In this document: in pieces, positions 56,960 to 64,000 of the stretch | Layout of the letters: every line of letters starts with the position of its first letter | Numbering within the stretch: the stretch's first letter is position 1 | Position numbers and translations under genes: made by a program | NCBI GenBank assembly: GCA_965226495.1 | Contig: OZ245365.1 | Span: forward strand, 4,192,001 to 4,256,000 | Direction of reading: 5' to 3' | DNA: 64,000 nucleotides | Source of the DNA: Candidatus Marinacidobacterales bacterium | GTDB lineage: Bacteria > Acidobacteriota > Vicinamibacteria > Marinacidobacterales > DATDRI01 | The notes under the pieces: model-generated | The model's input: the letters and a program-made list of their open reading frames with translations, nothing else | Told to the model about the DNA's origin: nothing | Databases searched by the model: none

Positions 56960-56980
56960 GCTACGCGTCCTTATCTTAGT

Positions 56981-57022
56981 GCTCGCTCTTCAATCAATGG
57001 CGCGGGGCCCCACCCCCACGCC
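56981..57022. repeat. Intergenic REP-like element, copy 2
   Basis: gctcgctcttcaatcaatggcgcggggccccacccccacgcc. Confidence 0.7.
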
Positions 57023-57630
57023 TCATGCTCCGTGGCTCCGCGACTGAGCATGGGCTCAAGGCTGTGCTCGCCCGGGTCACGACCCTGACGCAATCGTCCG
57101 CATTCGGGCTGCTTCGAGGGAATCAGATGTCCGGGTATCACTTCGAAGCTACTCACCCCCGGGATAATTCCCTTGCCGTGCCATTTCGTCCGCAATTCCT
57201 CCCGGCCGGCGTCCCTCACGGGCTGCTGTGTCTCTCCTGCCCGCCTACGGTTCATTTCGTTTTTTATTCTTCTTAGAGTGGACTTTTTTTCACCCTGGAA
57301 CGCCCGGGACCCCGAGTCCCTCCAACGACTTGACAGGGCTGATCTTTTGGCGTCCGGCCGGCAGTTTACCCCCGGCCGACGGCTCCAGGCAATAGAAAAG
57401 GGCGGGCTCGCTCGGTAATCAAGAAATCCATTGCACCGGCCGGCCCCTGTGATAAACTACCACTTAGCCTGTCCGTGGCATCTACACCGTTTTGCTGGGC
57501 TTATACGCCTCACTCACTTCTAAGACCAGACTGGAGCCGGACAGGAATAGACCTCGAAGTGATACCAGCGCTTCCATCCTTCGAAGTTGCCCGAGAAACA
57601 GCGGTCGACGGACCCGAAATAAGTGAAATC

Positions 57631-59109
57631 ATGAGGACCTATAAGAACTTCGTTGGGGGTAAGTTTGTGCTCTCCGAGAGCACGAAAAAAATCCCCAATG
57701 AAAACCCTTCCGACACGACCGACGTGCTCGGAGAGGTGGTCCTCTCTACGCGTGAGGAGGGGCGTCGAGCCATCGAAGTGGCGGCCGAAGCCTATCCGGA
57801 ATGGCGGGCGACCTCGGCTCCGGTTCGCGGAAGGATGGTATCGCGTGCCGGCCAGATTCTCCGGGACGACAAAGACTCGATGGCCGAGCTCATTTGCCGA
57901 GAAGAAGGCAAGACGGTGGGGGAAGCGGGAGGAGAGATCCTGCGCTCCATCAACGTGCTGGAGTTCAATGGCAGTCAAGCCACCCGGATGAGCGGTGAGA
58001 CCATTCCCTCGGAGCTTCCGAACAATCTCGTTTACACCATGCGTCAGCCACTTGGGGTCGTGGGAACTATCACGCCCTGGAACTTCCCGTTAGCCATCCC
58101 GGCCTGGAAGATCGCCCCAGCCCTGGTGGCGGGCAACACCGTGGTCTTCAAACCCGCCAGTTTGACGGTCGCGACGGCGACGCGATTGGTGGAGATCTTC
58201 GCCGAGGCTGGAATCCCTCCCGGCGTTCTGAATATGGTCATCGGGTCAGGGAGCGAGGTCGGCGACGAAATCGTTGTGAACCCGGCCGTCCGCGCCGTGT
58301 CGTTCACGGGCTCGAATCCGGTGGGCGTGAAGCTTTATGAGCAAGGCAGCCGGCGCGGACTACGCGTCCAGTGCGAGATGGGCGGAAAGAACCCGATCGT
58401 CGTGCTCGAGGACGCTGACCTAGACCTAGCCGTTGCCTGCGCTGCCAGCGGGGCCTTTGGCTCCTCCGGCCAGCGCTGTACTGCTACGAGTCGCGCGGTG
58501 GTCGTCGAGGAGATTGCCGACGCCTTCGTCGAAAAGCTCGTGGAGACAACGAAATCCCTTCGTGTCGGCCGCGGCGACGATGCCACGACCGGCGTCGGAC
58601 CCTTGGTGGACAAGCATCAGTATGATTCCGTACTCGGCTACATCCGTATGGGGCGCGAAGAAGGCGCCGAGCTCGCATACGGCGGAGGCAAGGCCAGCGG
58701 ACCTGGCCTGGAGAACGGTTTCTTCGTCGAGCCCACCATCTTCGACAAGACGACCCCCAACATGAGGATCATCCAGGAAGAAATCTTCGGACCGGTGCTC
58801 TCTATTCAGCGAGTACGGAACTTCGATGAAGCCATTGAGGTGGCGAATTCGGTTCCCTTCGGTTTGGCGTCCGCGATCTTCACCAATGACACTTCAAAGA
58901 GTCTCCGTTTCGTGGACGCAATCGAAACGGGCATCACCCACGTCAATTCTTCCACCACGGGTGGCGAGGCCCAGGTACCGTTCGGCGGTATCAAGGCCAC
59001 TGGAATCGGCGATCGAGAGCAGGGTTCTACCACACTTGATTTCTACACCGAGGTCAAGGTGGTTTACGTTGACTATACCGGTACCAAGCGTACCGGCCAT
59101 TTGTATTGA
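57631..59109 (+). CDS. Aldehyde dehydrogenase (KGSADH-like)
   Basis: TPWNFP, FTGS, EMGGKN, GQRCTA, EEIFGP. Confidence 0.92.
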   Translation: MRTYKNFVGGKFVLSESTKKIPNENPSDTTDVLGEVVLSTREEGRRAIEVAAEAYPEWRATSAPVRGRMVSRAGQILRDDKDSMAELICREEGKTVGEAGGEILRSINVLEFNGSQATRMSGETIPSELPNNLVYTMRQPLGVVGTITPWNFPLAIPAWKIAPALVAGNTVVFKPASLTVATATRLVEIFAEAGIPPGVLNMVIGSGSEVGDEIVVNPAVRAVSFTGSNPVGVKLYEQGSRRGLRVQCEMGGKNPIVVLEDADLDLAVACAASGAFGSSGQRCTATSRAVVVEEIADAFVEKLVETTKSLRVGRGDDATTGVGPLVDKHQYDSVLGYIRMGREEGAELAYGGGKASGPGLENGFFVEPTIFDKTTPNMRIIQEEIFGPVLSIQRVRNFDEAIEVANSVPFGLASAIFTNDTSKSLRFVDAIETGITHVNSSTTGGEAQVPFGGIKATGIGDREQGSTTLDFYTEVKVVYVDYTGTKRTGHLY

Positions 59110-59116
59110 GGTTGGA

Positions 59117-59767
59117 TTGGGAAGCAGGCGAGAATTAAAGAAACCGAAACCGCGGATCGCGTCGAGTCGAACGGGATCTAAGTCGAAAACCAAGTCCGCG
59201 ACGGCCCTACGGCGAACCCGCACCAAGGTTGTACGCCCGAAGCATTTGAAGGCCGTCCAGGCGGTGAAGAGCGCGCCCAAGAGCGTACCGACTCCGCCCC
59301 CAAAGCTTGTGCCCGTCCCCTTCCCGGAGGGGTTTCGTCCCCAGAAGGCACCAGAGTCGAACGAGAGATCGGCCCATCTGGAGAAGCTCAAGCAGCTTTT
59401 CGAGGGCGCGCCTATCAGCCGTTCGCTGGGAATGACGCTCGGGTATTGCGAAAATGGCGTAGCCCGTGTCCGTTTGGGATTCCGCAAGGAGTTCGAAGAG
59501 GGCCACGGCGTCATACACGGTGGATTGATCGGTCTTCTGGCCGATACGGCCGGCAATTTCGCGGTCGGCTCGGTGTCCCCGGGCTCCACCGTCAAAACGG
59601 TCGAGTTCAAGATGAGCCTCCTGGCGGGGGTTCAGGGCGACCTCCTGGCCATCGGCGAAGTCGTCCGCAAGGGAAGAACGCTAGCAACTTGCCGGCTGGA
59701 AGTCGTGGAAGGAAACGATCGCGTCGTAGCGATCGGCTTGGCCACGTACGCACTCCAAGCGGTATAG
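59117..59767 (+). CDS. PaaI thioesterase with Lys/Arg/Pro-rich N-terminal extension
   Basis: HGG..LAD.A, TVEFK hotdog fold; TTG start with GAGGT RBS inferred. Confidence 0.7.
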   Translation: MGSRRELKKPKPRIASSRTGSKSKTKSATALRRTRTKVVRPKHLKAVQAVKSAPKSVPTPPPKLVPVPFPEGFRPQKAPESNERSAHLEKLKQLFEGAPISRSLGMTLGYCENGVARVRLGFRKEFEEGHGVIHGGLIGLLADTAGNFAVGSVSPGSTVKTVEFKMSLLAGVQGDLLAIGEVVRKGRTLATCRLEVVEGNDRVVAIGLATYALQAV

Positions 59768-59807
59768 AAGCACCGACCCCAGCGGAGATTGGAACGCCCC
59801 TAGTGTC

Positions 59808-60599
59808 CTAGGGATGCTCCAGTGTACTCACGAAGTCCCACATCTCTTCGAACAGTGTTTCTTTGTGTTCCGTCAACCGGTGATCTCCATCGGCGATGAG
59901 TGTGAGCTTCGAGACCTCCACCTTCTGAGTGAAGTTCTTGGAAAGTCGGTAAGGGACCGTTTCGTCCTGAGTGCCGTGCAGGATGAGAGTCGGAGTCTTT
60001 AGCTTCCTCACCAACGTCGCAATGGGATAGCGCGCTTCGTCTTCGACGAATCCATAAGCCAAGTCGAACTCCGCGTACTCGGTAACCAAATGGGTCTTAC
60101 CCTCCTCACGCCACTTTTGTGCCTTGCCACGCCCGAGGGACAAGAGGAGTCGCCCGGCCATTTCGAAGGCGGGAGCCACCACCAGATTCGCGGCGATCTT
60201 CCCTGGGTTGAGCGCCGAGTACCAAAGCGCGGTGAGCCCGCCCATCGAGGACCCGACAAGGCACACTGAAGCGAATGGACCTTCTTGTCCAACGAAACGA
60301 AGTCCCCTCTCGACATCGTGCAAGTTCCGGCTCAAAGACAAGCCGAGGAGCTCGCCTTCCGAGTCGCCGTGTCCCGTGAGGTCCAGGCTGGCGAATGCCT
60401 CTCCTCGCCGCGCCACCTGACGGGCGAAATACAGGGCCTTCTCACCTCGTCGATGGGAGTTGAGGCCGTGGACGAAGAACCAGAGCCGAGAGGACTTGCT
60501 GACCGCGGGAACGAAATCAAAGGCGAGCTTCGCCTCATCGTCCCTCTCGGGTTCGACCCATCGCGGCGGGCTTTCTTTCATTACCGGTTCAACTTCCAC
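59808..60599 (-). CDS. Alpha/beta-fold hydrolase
   Basis: VHG, GHGDSEG, GSSMGG, HGTQDETVP, GDH. Confidence 0.85.
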   Translation of the reverse strand: MEVEPVMKESPPRWVEPERDDEAKLAFDFVPAVSKSSRLWFFVHGLNSHRRGEKALYFARQVARRGEAFASLDLTGHGDSEGELLGLSLSRNLHDVERGLRFVGQEGPFASVCLVGSSMGGLTALWYSALNPGKIAANLVVAPAFEMAGRLLLSLGRGKAQKWREEGKTHLVTEYAEFDLAYGFVEDEARYPIATLVRKLKTPTLILHGTQDETVPYRLSKNFTQKVEVSKLTLIADGDHRLTEHKETLFEEMWDFVSTLEHP

Positions 60600-60962
60600 T
60601 TAGGCTCCTCTGGGCTCACGCGTTCGCAGTAGCTAGTGTATCTGTACTATGGATACGGCACCGGGCACACGGAAAAAGAACAGGATAACCCATTGTAACG
60701 TGCGCGCTTGGCGGCGGTCAACGATCCTCGACTCGACGTCGAAACTCTTGCCCACTCCTTGACGTTCGAGGCCGCTATGGGCTCGAGATTTACGAGGCGA
60801 CGGTCGCCGAAGCGCTGCAAGGAGCGCCGATTACTACGGCACCGTATCTCCTGAGCAAGTCGGGGAGTATCTCGAGAAGTTGGTGTCTTCGGGGCTGGTG
60901 GCGATGAACGGTGTGGGTACCGATTAGCGAGCGGCCAACGCCTATCGGATCGGCTTCGCAAG

Positions 60963-61487
60963 CTAAGGCTGAGGCGGAGCGGTGGGTGGTGCTTTATCTT
61001 TCCGGCGGCTCCACCATGCAATGATCCCCGGCAGGAGGACGAGGAGCAGGAGCCACCGGGAATGCTGCATTAAGGTCCTACCGAAGCGCACGGCGCTCAT
61101 TTTCACGTACTCCTGAGCTTCGGCGTCGTTGGCATGTTCGGCGATGGCGTAGCCCCCTAGCGCGTACTCTTTCGCGAAGGCCGCACCGCCCAGAGCGCAC
61201 TCCCAACCAATGGCCATACCACCCATGGCGAGGTAACCGAGCGCGAGCCCCCCGATGGCGTAGCCTCCTATCGAGACGCCCGCGAGCGAGATCAAACCGA
61301 GACCGAACCCACCCAGCGTGATCCCACCGAAGGCGACCCCCCCGACGGCGACGACACCGAAGGCGATGTCCCCGAAGGCGATCCAACCTCGCGCCACACC
61401 GCGCCGCACACGCCCGTCCACCATCTCTCCGGTACTCACATGGACAAGGGGCAGACCGAGGATCGAGGCACTCGAGCGGTATTGCAT
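60963..61487 (-). CDS. Gly-rich membrane protein of unknown function
   Basis: YRS...GLPLVH..ARGWIAFGDIAFG followed by repeated xGG hydrophobic units. Confidence 0.65.
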   Translation of the reverse strand: MQYRSSASILGLPLVHVSTGEMVDGRVRRGVARGWIAFGDIAFGVVAVGGVAFGGITLGGFGLGLISLAGVSIGGYAIGGLALGYLAMGGMAIGWECALGGAAFAKEYALGGYAIAEHANDAEAQEYVKMSAVRFGRTLMQHSRWLLLLVLLPGIIAWWSRRKDKAPPTAPPQP

Positions 61488-61525
61488 CGGTTCTTTTCTA
61501 CGCCTTCATATCATAGCGGTTGCTT

Positions 61526-62212
61526 CTAGCCCAAAGTCTTGCGCGCCCGTCGAAAGACGCGGTGAAACATGGCTCGGGTGAGCCTCCCGGTGAAAGTGTT
61601 TTGTTGGCTCGGATGATAACTACCGAGGAGCAAGAGGCCGCCTTCCAGTGTGGTTGCGCTACCGTGACCGAACTGCGGCCGCGGCTTCCCCGTCGGATGC
61701 CCCGCCTCTTGCCAGGCACCGAGAAACGCGTCGAAACCGATACGGCCGAGCGCGATGACCACCTGCACTCGAGTGAGCAGAGCGAGCTCCGCGACCAGGT
61801 AGGGTCGGCAACGGTTGAACTCTTCTCGCGTGGGTTTGTTGCCCGGAGGCGCACATCGTGCCGCCGCGCTGATGAAGGTGTCTTGTAGCTCGAGCCCATC
61901 GTTCCGGTCGACCGAGCTCGCTTGATTCGCAAAACCGAATCGATGCAGGGCCTCATAGAGCCAGTCGCCACTTCTATCGCCGGTGAACATCCTTCCGGTC
62001 CGATTCGCCCCGTGGGCCGCTGGAGCCAGTCCGACTATGAGAAGCCGGGCGCGCGCATCTCCGAAGCTGGGCACCGGCCTGCCCCAGTACTCCTGGGTGG
62101 CGAAACGGCGCGTCTTGACACCCGCAATGTGCTCCCGGTGATCCACCAGTCGAGGGCAAAGTCGGCAACCGATGATCTTTCGTTCCAGCTCGGCGAGAGA
62201 CTCTTCCTTCAT
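61526..62212 (-). CDS. Uracil-DNA glycosylase family 5 (UdgB-like)
   Basis: C..C.RL, GLAPAAHGANRTGRMFTGD, RCAPP.NKP, YHPSQQN. Confidence 0.92.
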   Translation of the reverse strand: MKEESLAELERKIIGCRLCPRLVDHREHIAGVKTRRFATQEYWGRPVPSFGDARARLLIVGLAPAAHGANRTGRMFTGDRSGDWLYEALHRFGFANQASSVDRNDGLELQDTFISAAARCAPPGNKPTREEFNRCRPYLVAELALLTRVQVVIALGRIGFDAFLGAWQEAGHPTGKPRPQFGHGSATTLEGGLLLLGSYHPSQQNTFTGRLTRAMFHRVFRRARKTLG

Positions 62213-62288
62213 AAACCTGCGTTATCTTAACGCCGGGCAACGGCCAGTTGAAGTGGGAAGGCATTTTAGGCGAAGCTCGCTAAGGCAG

Positions 62289-63084
62289 ATGAGTGAATCG
62301 TCCGATAAATGGAGCGAAGACGACTCGGCGCTTTACCGAGAGCTCGCCTCGGTCGCCGTTCCCGCACGTGAGGATCAAATCGCAACCGTCTTGACGCTCT
62401 TGCCGTTCGCACCTGACGACGCATTCCGTGCGGTGGAGATCGGCTCGGGGCCGGGAACTTTGAGTTACGCGATACTCGATTGCTTCCCCGTGGCAACGGT
62501 GGTTGCGCTCGACGGCTCGGAAAGCATGAGAGCTCACGCCAGGACCCGGCTGAGCTCTTTCGGTGACCGGTTCTCGGTCCAAGCGTTCGAGCTCGGCGCA
62601 ACCGAGTGGCATCGTTATCTGGACTCCGCGGACGCGGTCGTCTCTTCTCTGTGCATCCATCACCTTTCTGGAGAAGGCAAGCGGCGATCTTTACACGTCA
62701 ATCTTTCAGAGAATCTCGTCGCGAGGAGCGCTCGTAATCGCCGACCTCGTGGAACCTCAACTACCTCAGGGGCGTGAGGTCTTCGCAGCGGGCTGGGATC
62801 GTGCTGCGAAGCAGCGGGCCGATGGGCGCTCTGGAACACTCTTCGAGCGCTTCGTGAAGGAAGAGTGGAACTATTATCGTTTCCCCGATCCGAGTGACCG
62901 CCCCTCGCCCCTGATCGACCAACTGGTCTGGTTGAAGGAAGCGGGATTCGAGGTGGTCGATTGCTTCTGGGTCCAGGCCGGCCATGCCATTTTCGGCGGC
63001 TACAAGTCGCCTCCCCCTACGGACGCCCTCCGATTTTCCGATGCACTCCAATCTGCGCAAAAGGCTTCTAACAAAACAACTTAA
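62289..63084 (+). pseudogene. Class I SAM methyltransferase with a +1 frameshift near 62686
   Basis: EIGSGPG, DGS..M, SLCIHHL in one frame; GALVIAD..D.PS..QL.WL..AGF in another. Confidence 0.7.
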
Positions 63085-63102
63085 CCGCCGTCGACCCGGC
63101 GT

Positions 63103-63250
63103 CACAACCTGGGGTCCACAACCTGGGGTCAGATCCGGTTTTGTCGCAGAGGTCGGATCCGAAATTGTGCAGGCACAGCACTACGTGCGTGGGGGCGCTA
63201 GAATACGGCGGTGCTATCAATCAACGTGGCCAGGCGCCGGATCTGACCCC
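63103..63250. repeat. MITE/REPIN-like unit with 14-bp perfect inverted ends
   Basis: GGGGTCAGATCCGG (63125-63138) / CCGGATCTGACCCC (63237-63250); tandem CACAACCTGGGGTC at 63103 and 63117. Confidence 0.65.
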
Positions 63251-63381
63251 CTGTTATGTGCGTTTGGAGCGCCATTTGCGTTTTCGTCTTCAGGTGCTTA
63301 ATCTGGTGGCAGGTAATCAGCGCGCCCCAAAGGTCGGGCCCAACCCGCCTCTAACTGTTCTCTTTCAGGAGAAGAAGTCTC

Positions 63382-64000
63382 GTGGATCTCGTGGGTCAAT
63401 TACTGGGGTCGTATCGCCTCCAGGCGCTGATCGGTCAAGGCGGCACCGCGGAGGTCTATTCCGCTCAGCACCCCTCTTTACACCGGCAGGTCGCGGTCAA
63501 GGTTCTGGCCAAGGAAATCAGCGAAGACCCCGACTGGGTGCGAAGATTTCGCCAAGAAGTGACCCTTTTGGGGCGGCTCGACCATCCGAACATCCTCCCG
63601 ATTTACGACACCGGAGAGTTCGACGGGCGCCCGTTCTTCGTCATGAAGTATGTCGAGAACAGCGAGACGCTGCGCCAGCAACTCAACGGCACTCCGTGGC
63701 CGCTCGACCGTGCGATCGGGGTACTACCGCAGGTTGCGGAGGCGCTGCATGCGGCACATGAAGCCGGCGTCGTACACCGGGACGTCAAACCCTCGAACAT
63801 CCTAGTGACGCCGGACCTACAGTGCCTGGTTTTCGATTTCGGGATTGCGAAACCCTTAGAGCGCCGGGATCCTGTGACCGGAAAGGGCCTCATTATCGGC
63901 ACCCCGGAGTACATGTCGCCTGAGCAGTGCCAGGGGGGCGCAATCGATCACCGCACCGATATCTACTCATTGGGTATCTTGGCCTACGAGTTGTTCACCG
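63382..64000 (+). CDS. Ser/Thr protein kinase, partial (runs off window)
   Basis: Manual translation: GQGG.AEV, VAVK, HRDVKPSN, DFG, GTPEYMSPEQ, D.YSLG; AGGAG RBS before GTG. Confidence 0.9.
   Translation, partial: MDLVGQLLGSYRLQALIGQGGTAEVYSAQHPSLHRQVAVKVLAKEISEDPDWVRRFRQEVTLLGRLDHPNILPIYDTGEFDGRPFFVMKYVENSETLRQQLNGTPWPLDRAIGVLPQVAEALHAAHEAGVVHRDVKPSNILVTPDLQCLVFDFGIAKPLERRDPVTGKGLIIGTPEYMSPEQCQGGAIDHRTDIYSLGILAYELFT

Noticed and set aside
57023-57630. Riboswitch or ncRNA in the long lpdA/aldehyde dehydrogenase intergenic region
   Set aside because: Hairpins are present but I could not match SAM, TPP, cobalamin or 6S consensus by eye; an Rfam cmscan would be decisive.
60649-60927. Possible small frameshifted + strand gene (..EIYEATVAEAL..PEQVGEYLEKLVSSGLV)
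   Set aside because: Needs two frameshifts and I recognise no family.

Overview
GC-rich bacterial chromosome segment. The GWxTD, PEGA and PEP-CTERM proteins and the numerous MSLSPGTKLGPYEI-type Ser/Thr kinase starts suggest Acidobacteriota, possibly Vicinamibacteria (inference). Positions 1-8.7 kb are a decayed accessory region downstream of tRNA-Thr(CGT), with two extra copies of the tRNA 3' end marking tandem integrative elements. Cargo includes an AbiE type IV TA pair, an Nmad3-like pseudogene, a tyrosine-integrase stub, kinase stubs, an rve-type IS and a sigma54-driven minimal PEP-CTERM gene. The rest is mostly backbone: lpxB, rsgA, hflX, a ctpA-like gene with envC, rtcA, ruvX-mltG, a boxC-boxB benzoyl-CoA/beta-oxidation cluster without boxA, a MoxR ATPase with a TraB-like partner, vapBC, and lpdA-lipB-E1alpha-E1beta-E2-lipA. 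Most notable: (1) a 1.3 kb HNH-only element with a 6-bp target duplication between the E2 gene and lipA; (2) three intact-frame but catalytically degenerate enzymes (E1alpha, S41, S9); (3) hflX apparently starting at AUC; (4) a 60-aa PEP-CTERM protein with almost no mature domain; (5) single genes inserted with flanking duplications. All product calls come from motif recognition by eye; no database searches were run.
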